DNA from: Candidatus Cloacimonadota bacterium
GTDB taxonomy: Bacteria; Cloacimonadota; Cloacimonadia; JGIOTU-2
Length of the DNA: 64,000 nucleotides
Assembly: GCA_049903315.1 (NCBI GenBank)
Contig: JBNGBT010000012.1
Location: 26,556-90,555 of the forward strand
Reading direction: 5' to 3'
Of the stretch, positions 29,963-40,414 are shown piece after piece. The position numbers and the translations under genes were made by a program. The notes beneath the pieces were generated by a model, which saw nothing but the letters and a program-made list of their open reading frames with translations, made no database searches and was not told the DNA's origin. Within the stretch, counting starts at the first letter, position 1; the number at the start of each line of letters is the position of its first letter.

Positions 29963-31173
29963 GAGTGTATATCTCTTATAGCATCGATGATTTGAGCAAG
30001 TTTTTTATGTGGTCCAACTTCGTGGACTCTGATTATATGTGCCCCCTGCATAATTGCATATGCATGAGCACCAAGTGTTCCTTCGAGACGTTCTTCTTTT
30101 TCAGTTTTCAGGAGCCAGCCGATGAAGCTTTTATTTGAACATCCTATAAGCACGGGCTTATCAAGACATCTGAACTCAACAAGTTTATGTATGATCTCAA
30201 GATTATCTTCAATTCTCTTTCCGAATCCAATTCCGGGATCGATTATGATTTGTGTTGCAGGGATATTTGTCTTCTCAGCAATCGATATGGATTTTGATAA
30301 ATATTGAAGTATCTCCTCTATCACATCATCGTAGGTCGGATCTTTTTGCATGTCTCTGGGTGTACCCTTTATGTGCATAACTACAACCGCGACATCATGA
30401 AACTGTGCAATTATCTCTGCCATGTGAGGATCAAATTGCAATCCGCTGATGTCGTTCACCATTCGGACCCCTTCATCAAGCGCTGCTTTGGCAACTTCGG
30501 CTTTATATGTGTCGATAGAAAGTGGAATATCAAATCTTTGCACTGCTTTTGAAATGATTGGCATAACACGATCTAACTCTTCCTCAATATTTACCTTTTC
30601 AGAAAATGGGCGTGTGGATTCCCCTCCGATATCAATAATATCTGCGCCTTCGTTTACCATTTTTTCAATCTGAAAAAGCGCTGCATCAAGAGAATTATAT
30701 TTTCCGCCATCATAGAAAGAGTCCGGGGTAATATTGAGAACTCCCATAATATGAGTTCTGTTCAGAGTCAAAGTGTGATCTCCTGCTTTTAGCGTGTATG
30801 GTATCTTTCTTTCCTCAATCTCGATAAGTTTTTGTAGACGTTTGATTATTTGAGGTATCTCAAAAATATCCTGAAAAGAGAGCTTCTTCACAAGATTATG
30901 GAGTAGTTTCAGATTGCCAAGAATAATGACATCAGATCTTTCTACTGCACCATTCACTACTCCACGGGATACTGCTGCATCTCCTCCGATACTAAGCATA
31001 TCCTGCTTGATGATATTTGCTGCTCCCAGTTTTAGGTTTTTCAGCTTAATTGCAAGGCAGTGGGATTTTTCATACATTGACTCTACTCCCTGGGAGGTAA
31101 CGCCAATACGTCTGAGCTCGGCAATAGAATCATCAGCTCGTCTCAATGAAAGAATTCTATCCATCTTTCGCAT
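29959..31173 (-). CDS. folP: Dihydropteroate synthase with N-terminal extension (start 31173 or 31164)
   Basis: MGVLNITPDSFYDGG, DIGGESTRP, SIDTYK, NDISG, DPGIGFGK, IIRVHEV. Confidence 0.95.
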   Translation of the reverse strand: MRKMDRILSLRRADDSIAELRRIGVTSQGVESMYEKSHCLAIKLKNLKLGAANIIKQDMLSIGGDAAVSRGVVNGAVERSDVIILGNLKLLHNLVKKLSFQDIFEIPQIIKRLQKLIEIEERKIPYTLKAGDHTLTLNRTHIMGVLNITPDSFYDGGKYNSLDAALFQIEKMVNEGADIIDIGGESTRPFSEKVNIEEELDRVMPIISKAVQRFDIPLSIDTYKAEVAKAALDEGVRMVNDISGLQFDPHMAEIIAQFHDVAVVVMHIKGTPRDMQKDPTYDDVIEEILQYLSKSISIAEKTNIPATQIIIDPGIGFGKRIEDNLEIIHKLVEFRCLDKPVLIGCSNKSFIGWLLKTEKEERLEGTLGAHAYAIMQGAHIIRVHEVGPHKKLAQIIDAIRDIHS

Positions 31174-31228
31174 CCTATAAAGAAAGCCCACAGATGAATG
31201 TGGGCTGTATTTAAAATTATTTCACGGT

Positions 31229-32443
31229 CTATTTTATATGTTCTTTAATAACTGTTGCAAGGCGTTTTACACCTTCGACAATTTGAGCTTCGGTGGCATA
31301 AGAAAAGTTTATTCTCATGGAATCATGCCCGGAGTCATCACAATGAAATGCAGAACCGATCACATAGGCGACATTTTTGTCGACAGCCTTATAAAACAGT
31401 TCGTCAGTATCAATACACATATGCGCAGGGACTCTCAAAAAGAGGAAAAGACCACCTTCTGGCTTCGTCCACGTTACACCTTCGGGCATATACTTTTCAA
31501 ATTCTTCCAGCATAATATCACGCTTTCTGCGATACATATGCTTGATCTTTTCAATATTCTTCTCAAGATATCCTTTTTCCATGAATCTGCCAACTATGCG
31601 TTGCGAGAAAGTTGGCGGGCATAGATCGGTTGATTGTTTTGCAACAACGAGTTTTGTGATCACTTCTGGAGGTGCCAAAATCCAGCCAATTCTAAAACCA
31701 GGAGCAAATATTTTTGAAAACGTACCCAGTAAAATAACTCGTTCTTCTTTATCCAAACTATATATAGTCGGAACAGGTTCACCCTCAAAGCGTAGCTCAC
31801 GATATGGACTATCCTCCAGAATAATAAGATTAAACTCATTTGCAAGATCGAGAATCTCGTATCGTCGCTTTAAGCTCATGGTCATACCTGCAGGATTCTG
31901 AAAATCGGGAACAATATAGATGAACTTTGGTTTATTGCCGCTCTCATTAAGCACTTTCAGTTCTTGTCGAAGTAATATAGAGCTTTTCCCTTCTTCATCT
32001 AATGGAACTCCGATCATCTCAGCACCATAAGCATTGAATGCACCAAGTCCCCCTACGTAGGATGGGAGCTCAACAATTATGGGATCACCCGGATCTATAA
32101 AAATTTTTGCAACAAGATCAAGTCCCTGTTGGGATGATGTTGTCACAAGCAGGTTTTCACTCTTGACATCCATGCCATTTCGGCTTGCGTGTTTTAACAG
32201 TTGTTCTCTGAGTACAGGATCTCCTTCGGTTGCACTATATTGAAGCGCTACTTTTCCTTCATTGTCCATAACTTCATTTACAATCTCCTTCACTTCTTTT
32301 ATGGGAAATGAATCGGGTGAAGGAAGACCTCCGGCAAAAGATATTATTTCTGGCTTTGCAGTTAATTTTAAAAGTTCACGAATGACTGATTTTTTCATTC
32401 TTTTCGAGTTTATGGAAAAGAGTTCCTCGAAATTTAAAGCCAT
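31229..32443 (-). CDS. Class I PLP aminotransferase (LysN/2-aminoadipate aminotransferase-like)
   Basis: RBS GGAG before ATG 32443; ISFAGGLP, PDFQNPAG, EDSPY, TFSKIFAPGFRIGW. Confidence 0.88.
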   Translation of the reverse strand: MALNFEELFSINSKRMKKSVIRELLKLTAKPEIISFAGGLPSPDSFPIKEVKEIVNEVMDNEGKVALQYSATEGDPVLREQLLKHASRNGMDVKSENLLVTTSSQQGLDLVAKIFIDPGDPIIVELPSYVGGLGAFNAYGAEMIGVPLDEEGKSSILLRQELKVLNESGNKPKFIYIVPDFQNPAGMTMSLKRRYEILDLANEFNLIILEDSPYRELRFEGEPVPTIYSLDKEERVILLGTFSKIFAPGFRIGWILAPPEVITKLVVAKQSTDLCPPTFSQRIVGRFMEKGYLEKNIEKIKHMYRRKRDIMLEEFEKYMPEGVTWTKPEGGLFLFLRVPAHMCIDTDELFYKAVDKNVAYVIGSAFHCDDSGHDSMRINFSYATEAQIVEGVKRLATVIKEHIK

Positions 32444-32603
32444 ATTCAACTCCATATTTGTTTTTTTGTATTCATCATATATTTTTTCAATTGCTGTCAA
32501 GTTAAATTCTTTAGATTTTACATTGAATAAATCAAGTAGTAAAATTGTAATTCCAAACCGTCGTTCTGGCAATTATTTTAGGCAGAGATGCATGAGTCTT
32601 TGA

Positions 32604-33377
32604 TTATTTCTTGAATAAAATTTTATAAAGCTCAATCATCCCAAAGATCAGGCATACAAAACCTAGGATCAATTTTGCCGGATCTGCAAGTGGATAATGC
32701 GTGTTATATAAGAAAAGCAGATCGACTGTACAAATCAGGAGAACAATGCCATAAATGATTTGGGAGGTTCGGGAATATCCCCAGCGCGTTTTGTCCGCAA
32801 GTGACACACCAACCCAAGCACTGAACCAGCCAAGAATCGCACCTCCAAGTACATCTGCAGGCCAATGCGCTCCAACGGCAATGCGCGAGATACCTACCAG
32901 AAATGCAAATATAATACTCAAAATATAAATTGAATTCTTGCGAAATGAAAAAGCGATCACTCCCATTAAGGTAAAGATCGTGGTTGTATGCCCCGATGGG
33001 AATGCATGTCTTGTGAGTCGTCTTCCTATGATGTGGAATGTTTCTGGTGTAAGCACCCCAGGAGGACGAGGAATATCCATGATCCTCTTCGTTGTGTGCA
33101 GAATGATCATATATACTATTGATGCAATAAGCACACTCCAGATGATATCCGGTCGCTTCTTTAGAAAAGGGAAAAGAAGCACTGCTGCAAAAAGCCCGTC
33201 ACCAAAGAGTGTGAAAATTGCCCAGAACCTGTCGCCAGAGAATGTGTGAGCCTTATTGAAAATCATAAAAAGTTGTGTATTAATACCCGTGAGATGGATC
33301 ACCGCTAGGAAGATAACAAAAAGAAAAAGGGGCGACCACACCCAGGGATCTTTAAAAGATGGAGCACATTTTTTCAT
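32604..33377 (-). CDS. PAP2 family phosphatase
   Basis: KRIMDIPRP, FPSGH, SRIAVGAHWPADV. Confidence 0.9.
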   Translation of the reverse strand: MKKCAPSFKDPWVWSPLFLFVIFLAVIHLTGINTQLFMIFNKAHTFSGDRFWAIFTLFGDGLFAAVLLFPFLKKRPDIIWSVLIASIVYMIILHTTKRIMDIPRPPGVLTPETFHIIGRRLTRHAFPSGHTTTIFTLMGVIAFSFRKNSIYILSIIFAFLVGISRIAVGAHWPADVLGGAILGWFSAWVGVSLADKTRWGYSRTSQIIYGIVLLICTVDLLFLYNTHYPLADPAKLILGFVCLIFGMIELYKILFKK

Positions 33378-33480
33378 AACTCTAAATATATTATTGAAAA
33401 TTTTTTGGCAACGTTTTCCGAGAATGTTGACATTCTTATAAACAAATAATAAGCAGAATAATAATAAAAAGCAGGTTCTG

Positions 33481-34974
33481 ATGAAAAAAACAGCAGCTTC
33501 AATCTTAGATATTTTCAAAGATAAAACAGCACTACTCATTCTGGGTATTGGCTTCATTATTCGGATTGTTGCAAGTATTTTTGTCTCACCGGGTATCGAC
33601 GAAGCATATTACGGCGTATGTTCATTCTTCCCTGCATGGGGTTTTTTTGACCATCCCCCGGTCGTTGCCGTGACAGCAGGATTAGGAAGGTGGTTGAGTA
33701 GCTCTTTTTCGACATTAAGTTTGCGCTTCGGGGCAATCTTTCTCTTTATCGTATCGGCAATTTTGATGTATTATATTGTTCAAAGTTTGTTCGATCGAAA
33801 AGCTGCAATTTTTTCACTCCTCTTTCTGCATACAATCCCCTATTTTTTTGTTGGCATGGGAGCATTTGTCATTCCGGACAATGCACTCGGTGTCTTCTGG
33901 TTACTCTTTATCCTCAGTATAATGAAAATTCATCAAACTAAAAAGGGAGTGTGGTTCCTTCTTTCCGGAGTGAGTCTCGGATTTGCAATGCTATCCAAAT
34001 ATCATGCAATTTTAATTCTTGCAAGCATTGGTTTTTGCTTGATCGCTTTCAAGGAATGGCGAAGGTTCTGGAAAAGTCCATTTCTGTATTTTGGACTCAT
34101 CATTGCAGGTTTGATATTCCTTCCAAATATACTCTGGAATGCACAGCATGAGTGGGTTTCCTATGTCTATCAGTTTGGCAAAGGAGTGGGTCGGCACAGC
34201 CTGTCTTTTACGAAATTCTACCAGGGAGTGCTTGTTCAGGCAGCCTACCTGTTGCCGTGGATCATGGTCATTCTTATTATGAGTGTGATAAAAACTATCG
34301 AGAAAAATGATCAAAAGTATCGCTGGCTGCTTCCCTTTGCACTTTTCCCGATTGGCATTTTTACACTTATCGGTGCAACCCAGCAGATTCTTCCCCATTG
34401 GCCCATGCCCGGGTACCTTGCTGCGATCATTCTCACCTGCGGATGGATGATCACGTGGAGAAAGCCGGCTGTGAAATGGACGTTCTGGAGTACCGGCATT
34501 GTGACTGTTGTTCTTCTAGTTGTGATCGTGATACATTCCATTACAGGATTTTTAAACCTCGGCGTGAAACTTGACCTCACGCTCGAGGGATACGGCTGGG
34601 GAAAAGTTATTGATGAACTCGAAAATCGTGAGTTATTGAACGAGGACACATTTCTTTTTACTCATAAATACATTACAGGCGGCGAACTTGGTTATGCAGC
34701 TCAAAAGAAGTATCCGGTTGCGGTTTTCGATGAGGGAAGTGCACATCATTTTGCGTACTGGACGCCGATGGATTCTCTCATTGGTCGGGATGCCATTTTT
34801 GTCATGCATCCCCGATATACAACAAATCCTGAAACTCGATATTCGGAATATTTCGAAGAGATACTTCCCCTCAAAGGTGTGATGATTTATCGCAATGGGA
34901 AGTATGAAATGACGTATAATCTGTGGCTTTGTAAAAATTTACAGAAACACTACCCGCTGGAGTACGGACCATAA
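33481..34974 (+). CDS. GT-C glycosyltransferase (ArnT/PMT-like, family 39/83)
   Basis: DEAYY, FDHPP, PDN, LSKY, PNILWN; many TM helices. Confidence 0.88.
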   Translation: MKKTAASILDIFKDKTALLILGIGFIIRIVASIFVSPGIDEAYYGVCSFFPAWGFFDHPPVVAVTAGLGRWLSSSFSTLSLRFGAIFLFIVSAILMYYIVQSLFDRKAAIFSLLFLHTIPYFFVGMGAFVIPDNALGVFWLLFILSIMKIHQTKKGVWFLLSGVSLGFAMLSKYHAILILASIGFCLIAFKEWRRFWKSPFLYFGLIIAGLIFLPNILWNAQHEWVSYVYQFGKGVGRHSLSFTKFYQGVLVQAAYLLPWIMVILIMSVIKTIEKNDQKYRWLLPFALFPIGIFTLIGATQQILPHWPMPGYLAAIILTCGWMITWRKPAVKWTFWSTGIVTVVLLVVIVIHSITGFLNLGVKLDLTLEGYGWGKVIDELENRELLNEDTFLFTHKYITGGELGYAAQKKYPVAVFDEGSAHHFAYWTPMDSLIGRDAIFVMHPRYTTNPETRYSEYFEEILPLKGVMIYRNGKYEMTYNLWLCKNLQKHYPLEYGP

Positions 34975-35077
34975 AAAAATAGCACACAGATCAACACAGA
35001 TTTATGCTGATAGAATTTTATAATTAAATGGTTTTGTGAATTCTTGTAAAGCGTGATTTCATATTAATCACTTATTC

Positions 35078-35148
35078 CTCATTACCAAGCCCCAGCTTGG
35101 TAATGCACGACAAATCAAACCATTCCCAAACTGGGGTTTGGGAACGAG
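35078..35148. repeat. Inverted pair of 29-bp REP-like palindromes (REPIN-like)
   Basis: CTCATTACCAAGCCCCAGCTTGGTAATGC (35078-35106) and reverse complement CTCGTTCCCAAACCCCAGTTTGGGAATG (35121-35148). Confidence 0.8.
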
Positions 35149-35180
35149 ATGTTCTGCTTATGACAGACAATTGATATAGA

Positions 35181-35732
35181 CTATACACCTACTGAAAATT
35201 CCATGCCTTTTAAAAGCCATTTTGTTGTAGATTTATCTAAAGGTTCTCCCCTTCCTTTAAAACCTCTTAAATCCCCAAATGGTTTAAATCCGGCTGTTTT
35301 TTCCATTTCACTATTTAATAGTTTTGCATAATCTAACACCTCAGCGATTGCTTTTCTAATATCAGAATCAGTTACAATTTTTCCATGAATTACTTGGTCA
35401 CGGATTTTTTCTGCGGATTGTATTTTTGATAATGTATCTTCTGACATTTTATGACCAAAAATTTTCTTAAATAGAGCTTGAAAACCGTCTCTAGTTAAAT
35501 GGTGTTTATTTATAACATTCGAAGTAATTTCTGAATTAGCCCTATGAAGTTTCACAACGCCACAATATAATACTTTATTCTGTGCTTGTTCTACCTTGAA
35601 AAACATATATGCGAGTGCTATTTGATTTTGAAATTTCTCGACTAGTGCTGGTAAATCAGAAAAATATTTTTTTATTTCATCTGAACAATTTTCATAATAT
35701 TTTAAAACCGCTTTATAACTAGGCATATTCAT
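35181..35732 (-). CDS. Hypothetical helical protein with HEPN-like Rx4H motif
   Basis: RBS AGGAG; IRDQVIHG motif; AT-rich. Confidence 0.55.
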   Translation of the reverse strand: MNMPSYKAVLKYYENCSDEIKKYFSDLPALVEKFQNQIALAYMFFKVEQAQNKVLYCGVVKLHRANSEITSNVINKHHLTRDGFQALFKKIFGHKMSEDTLSKIQSAEKIRDQVIHGKIVTDSDIRKAIAEVLDYAKLLNSEMEKTAGFKPFGDLRGFKGRGEPLDKSTTKWLLKGMEFSVGV

Positions 35733-35962
35733 TTTTGATGATTCTCCTTATAAAGCATAACATACAATATACTGCTTAAATTCGCAGTATAGTATCAATC
35801 CGAAATTAATTAAAATACTATTCTTATTTTCGATTAATACCACTTTTCTGTTATACTGTTTGAATTCAAATTTGTAAACTTTTTATACTTCGTTCTTTTT
35901 CATTATTAATCTTGTTTTATACTATAATTTATTTTCTTCACTACTCATAAATCTGCACCTGT

Positions 35963-36508
35963 CTAAAATCCCAGTTCCTTCTCAATACCTGCCATTGCCT
36001 GCAAGGTGTGTTCTATGAAATCCTCAAGTGATATACCCAATTCTTCACATGACTGAATCTGCTCCCTGTTTGCACCTGCTGCAAAACGCTTTTCTTTAAA
36101 TCTTCTCATCACAAAATCAGTATCCAATGAAGATATTTTTTTATCAGGATGCATGAGCGTTGCCGCAATGATGAGTCCGGTCAGCGAATCAACTGCATAA
36201 AGCACCTTATCCATATTAGATCTTCGCTCCACATGACCAGGATGCGCTTCGATCGCATAGAGGATTTTCTCGTCGAGTCCTTTGTCTTTGAGTAATTCCA
36301 CGGAATCCTTCCCGTGTCGTGCAAAATTATCAACCGTACTTTCATAATCGAGGTCATGAAGGAGTCCGGCAAGTGCCCACATCTCTTCATCTTCTCCGAA
36401 ATATTCTGCGAAATGTGCCATTGCAGCTTCAACTGCCAGACAGTGCTTTTGCAAATTTCTGTTCTTCAAATGCTGTTTTAGTAATACGTATGCTTCTTCT
36501 CGTGTCAT
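35963..36508 (-). CDS. HDIG/HD-domain phosphohydrolase
   Basis: KHCLAVEAAM, GLLHDLDYE, HG, AIEAH, AVDSLTG, FAAGANR. Confidence 0.88.
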   Translation of the reverse strand: MTREEAYVLLKQHLKNRNLQKHCLAVEAAMAHFAEYFGEDEEMWALAGLLHDLDYESTVDNFARHGKDSVELLKDKGLDEKILYAIEAHPGHVERRSNMDKVLYAVDSLTGLIIAATLMHPDKKISSLDTDFVMRRFKEKRFAAGANREQIQSCEELGISLEDFIEHTLQAMAGIEKELGF

Positions 36509-36521
36509 AAATTATCCTTTT

Positions 36522-37898
36522 CTATAAATATTTTGCAGCCATATCCGCAAGCACTGAACGCTCCCCTTTCACCAGCGTGACATGACCGGAAAGTCTTTCA
36601 TCTTTGAATTTATCCACAACTATGCTCAAGCCATTACTTTCAGAATCCAGGTATGGAATATCAATCTGGTACGGGTCGCCGGTAAGCACCACTTTTGTGC
36701 GGTCTCCGGCTCGCGTGATGATCGTTTTCATTTCGTGAGGAGTAAGATTCTGCGCCTCATCAACTATCATGAACTGGTCCGGCAGACTTCGTCCACGAAT
36801 ATATGTCAAAGGTTCTAGTTCAATAAATCCATACTCAAGAAACTCCTCCAGAGAAGAGGTTCGTTTCCTACCGAATTTCCCTTTTTCCTTTTTGTCTTCC
36901 TCTACTTCTCTACTCTGCAGAAGGATTTCCATATTATCATAAATGGGTTGCATCCAGGGATTGTATTTTTCTTTCTTTGTGCCCGGCAAATATCCAATAT
37001 CTTTGCCAAGTGGAAATATCGGACGGGTCACAATGAGCTTTGTATATTTCTCTTCCTGAATAGTTTTCTGCAAGCCTGCAGCAAGGGCAAGAAGAGTTTT
37101 TCCTGTGCCTGCTATGCCTATAAGCGAAACAATCTTTATCGAGTCATCAAGAAGGATGTCAAACGCAGCTTTCTGTTCGGGATTGAGTGCTTTCACTCCC
37201 CAGATCGGCTCGTTCTTATAAAACTGCAAAGGGCGTACCACATCTTCATCTTTATGATATTTTGCAATCGCATTATGATGAAATTTGTCTTTTTCATACA
37301 GCAGTAAAAATTGGTTGTAGCATGTCAGCCCAAAGGAATTTTTTACTTCGGACTGCTCTTTGAATCTTTCAACCTCAGCACCACTCACTTCTTTTTTTAG
37401 GACACCTGTGTAAAGTTCTTCAAAATTGATCGCTTCAGCTTCATAATTTATTGATTTCAGTCCAATGGCATCTGCTTTGATACGGACATTCGCATCCTTG
37501 GATACCATGATCACATCCTGATCCGGATTATCTTTTTTGAATCTGTAGGCAGTGCCGAGAATAAGGTTATCATTCACATCGCTGATGAGAATATCGTTCA
37601 TGTCCCCATCAACTTTATGAGCGAGTGAGACCTGAAGTGTGCCACCGTTTTTGAGTTTTACTCCTTTTGCCAGAGAATCCTGTTTGCGCAAGCTGTCGAG
37701 GATTCTGCTGAATTGCCGGGCATTTCTGCTCTTCTCATCCAATCCTTTTTTAAATTGATCCATTTCTTCAATAACGGTTATGGGAATAACAATCTTGTCT
37801 TTGGGATATGCATAAATTGCAGAGGGATCGTGAATTATCACATTCGTGTCAAACACGTAAATCTTTTGCATCTTTTCCTTCTTGTTATCTTTCTTCAT
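36522..37898 (-). CDS. PIN-PhoH (PhoH2) protein
   Basis: YVFDTNVIIHDP PIN domain; GIAGTGKT, IGYLPG, YIRGRSL, DEAQN, GDPYQID. Confidence 0.93.
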   Translation of the reverse strand: MKKDNKKEKMQKIYVFDTNVIIHDPSAIYAYPKDKIVIPITVIEEMDQFKKGLDEKSRNARQFSRILDSLRKQDSLAKGVKLKNGGTLQVSLAHKVDGDMNDILISDVNDNLILGTAYRFKKDNPDQDVIMVSKDANVRIKADAIGLKSINYEAEAINFEELYTGVLKKEVSGAEVERFKEQSEVKNSFGLTCYNQFLLLYEKDKFHHNAIAKYHKDEDVVRPLQFYKNEPIWGVKALNPEQKAAFDILLDDSIKIVSLIGIAGTGKTLLALAAGLQKTIQEEKYTKLIVTRPIFPLGKDIGYLPGTKKEKYNPWMQPIYDNMEILLQSREVEEDKKEKGKFGRKRTSSLEEFLEYGFIELEPLTYIRGRSLPDQFMIVDEAQNLTPHEMKTIITRAGDRTKVVLTGDPYQIDIPYLDSESNGLSIVVDKFKDERLSGHVTLVKGERSVLADMAAKYL

Positions 37899-37956
37899 AG
37901 TTCGTTTGAGTGTTGTGATGAGAAAATTTTATGTCAAATTTAATTACTACAAGTCA

Positions 37957-38034
37957 TCATGGACCATTCTGTGTACATAATTATTTCACGCAAAGTCCGC
38001 AGAGGAAATAAATAACGCAAAGAACGCTGAGAAG
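37957..38034. repeat. Second copy of the ~78-bp dispersed repeat
   Basis: TCATGGACCATTC...TCACGCAAAGTCCGCAGAGGAAATAAATAACGCAAAGAACGCTGAGA matches 24845-24922. Confidence 0.7.
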
Positions 38035-38138
38035 TGAACACACAATGCTCAACTCGCCACCCTCTACGATTATACGATGACTGAGTCGTCGACTCCACAT
38101 TTCTCATTTTAAATTTTCTAATTTTTCATTGCGTAGCG

Positions 38139-40352
38139 TCAGCGAAGCAGGGTCATCTTCCTCACCATAGCATGCCCATTATACTCTAACTTATACAAAT
38201 ACGTCCCGGGGGATACTTGCATACCTTGCTCGTCTGTGCCGTCCCACGTAATTCTGGTCTTTACCCAGAAATCGTTGGTTGTTCCATCGAACCGGCGGAT
38301 AAGCTGCCCTTTGGTGTTGTATATGGATAGCGTGTAATCTTCCACTCTGGTGTAGTCCGCAGTGATGAACAATATTTCCGTTTCATTTGTGAAAGGATTC
38401 GGCGTATTTTGAAAGAGATACAAATTATGAATAAAACTCGTATCCGGTTCATCCACGCTTACTGTATCCTGGCATTCATATGCACCTATGTCTATTCTCC
38501 CATTAAATATTCTCGGATTTCCAGCTAAGTCGGTTGCAGGAAGATGCAATCCCGTTGTATCCGGTGTGCCTGCATCGATACAGGGTGAATGAGTTGTGAG
38601 TTCATAACTGAACGGATTTCCTCCAACAAATAATGGATCTTCGTCAATGTTTCCGTCTCCCCAATATAATGTACCGTTATTATTTGTGTTTATTGCATCT
38701 ATCCCCCCTTCTATATTACAGTACTCGATATAAGCAGAATTGGGTTCATGTTGATAATGAAACCATATTTCTGTTACGGATTCGTTTCTAAGGATAGTAT
38801 TTATCATTTTTATATGTCCATCGTCAACTAAACTTATTGTACCTTGCGAACAATTGTCATTATCGCATATCGTGCAGTTAATGAGGTACATGAAATCATT
38901 TGGACTGCACATTTGGCGAATACCACTGGCAACATCACCGTAATTATCCGTTATTTCACAGTTTATCAATATTGGGTAACAATAATAATTTGAAGCTATC
39001 GCGCCGAAATGACTGTTTGCCGGATTTGTTTTATTTCCCCTCATAGTGCAGTTTATAAAAACCGGTTCTTGGAATGCTGAAAGATGAAATAATTTTGCGT
39101 TTACCTGGTCATATTCCGAGATAAAATTAACATTATAAAACATTATATTACTATTGCTAGAAATATAATTTATTGATAAATTATGAAATATATCATTATT
39201 TATAATAATCATATCTTTAAATTTAATATTTGAACAATAGTCCACACCGAGCCCCCCTGCTTGAAATCCATATCCATTTTGTATTGTAAAACCTTCCATA
39301 GAAAAATGATGAATATTGCGTAGTAGAATCATTTGATTTGTCTGTTCAGCATCGAGTATAGTGAATTCTTCACCTGCTCCCCTTAACGATATATGATCTT
39401 TCCCCCCAATAGAGAAGAATTCACTGGTTAGTGATGGTGAATATGTACCACTATTAACATAAATTGTATTTGGATTTGCGCTGTCTGATTTTACCATTAT
39501 TAATGCATGGTAGATATTCTGAAATGAGTTATTCCAATCCAAACCGCTGTTTGTATTATTTCCGTTAACCGAAACATAGACATCATCGTTTATTGGTTCT
39601 ATCTTTTGGTGAAGAATATCCATGGTAATATTGCCATCATTTGCATAAGCATAAAATTTATCTGGTTCCCTTACCGTAAACGTATCAACAAAAACAGTCA
39701 TGTCTTCTTCATAATTATAAATATCACTCCCTATAGGAGAATAATTCATATAAATATTACATAAATCTTGATGAGAGAAAGTAATTTCAGCATCATTTTG
39801 TTTGCATATTCCACCACCTTGAACTGATGAAAAGTTATTATGGATATTTGTACCTTTTAAGTACGTGTTCTGTGAAACACCAACATAAATCCCACCACCT
39901 GCTCCAGCAAAATTGTTTTTAATATTACATTTTTCAATTGTCATTGAAGCGCTATGTATATTAACACCTCCTCCAAAATGAGTATTATTGGTATAATAAC
40001 CGTTCCCGTGTTGAAGTGTCATTCCTACTATATATGCATTATTCTCATCTGAATTAACTAATACGCAACTTCCATTATTATTTCCATCTATTATTGTACT
40101 GTCGATATATGCTTCATCCCCTGTGGTGTAATATTTGCTGGCAACCGTAATATTCTTCCCACCATAATCAATATTCTCAAAATATGTTCCCGGATATACT
40201 AAAACAATATCTCCATCCTGTGTGTTATCAATCCCTTCTTGAATAGTCGTGTAATCTCCTGTGCCGTTTATATCAACAATGATCGTCGATGACCAAATAT
40301 GAAAAAAAGGCAGTATAATTAATATAATAGCTGTGAATAAATATTTCATCAT
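38139..40352 (-). CDS. Secreted beta-helix (pectin-lyase-like/Pmp-like) protein with CTD
   Basis: GDYTTIQEGI, PGTYFENI, GGGI repeats, SPCIDAG, DIGAYE; QNTPNPF CTD. Confidence 0.8.
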   Translation of the reverse strand: MMKYLFTAIILIILPFFHIWSSTIIVDINGTGDYTTIQEGIDNTQDGDIVLVYPGTYFENIDYGGKNITVASKYYTTGDEAYIDSTIIDGNNNGSCVLVNSDENNAYIVGMTLQHGNGYYTNNTHFGGGVNIHSASMTIEKCNIKNNFAGAGGGIYVGVSQNTYLKGTNIHNNFSSVQGGGICKQNDAEITFSHQDLCNIYMNYSPIGSDIYNYEEDMTVFVDTFTVREPDKFYAYANDGNITMDILHQKIEPINDDVYVSVNGNNTNSGLDWNNSFQNIYHALIMVKSDSANPNTIYVNSGTYSPSLTSEFFSIGGKDHISLRGAGEEFTILDAEQTNQMILLRNIHHFSMEGFTIQNGYGFQAGGLGVDYCSNIKFKDMIIINNDIFHNLSINYISSNSNIMFYNVNFISEYDQVNAKLFHLSAFQEPVFINCTMRGNKTNPANSHFGAIASNYYCYPILINCEITDNYGDVASGIRQMCSPNDFMYLINCTICDNDNCSQGTISLVDDGHIKMINTILRNESVTEIWFHYQHEPNSAYIEYCNIEGGIDAINTNNNGTLYWGDGNIDEDPLFVGGNPFSYELTTHSPCIDAGTPDTTGLHLPATDLAGNPRIFNGRIDIGAYECQDTVSVDEPDTSFIHNLYLFQNTPNPFTNETEILFITADYTRVEDYTLSIYNTKGQLIRRFDGTTNDFWVKTRITWDGTDEQGMQVSPGTYLYKLEYNGHAMVRKMTLLR

Positions 40353-40353
40353 T

Positions 40354-40397
40354 ACCTCACCCCCTGTACCCCTCTCCGAAAAATCAGAGAGGGGGTA
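40354..40397. repeat. GC-rich palindromic element between two secreted-protein genes
   Basis: ACCTCACCCCCTGTACCCCTCTCC...GAGAGGGGGTA; TACCCC-TCTC pairs with GAGAGGGGGTA. Confidence 0.65.
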
Positions 40398-40414
40398 GAG
40401 GATTTTATTAATTG

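Noticed and set aside
30780..31173. N-terminal extension of FolP as a novel fusion
   Set aside because: Similar extensions (ANIIKQDMLSIGGDAA-like) are, to my knowledge, already common in FolP of several anaerobic and thermophilic lineages
32444..33557. Long N-terminal extensions given in the ORF track (aminotransferase, PAP2; likewise SDH, NTPase, Cache protein)
   Set aside because: Downstream ATGs have better RBSs or match family starts, and several of the extensions overlap neighbouring genes or promoter regions
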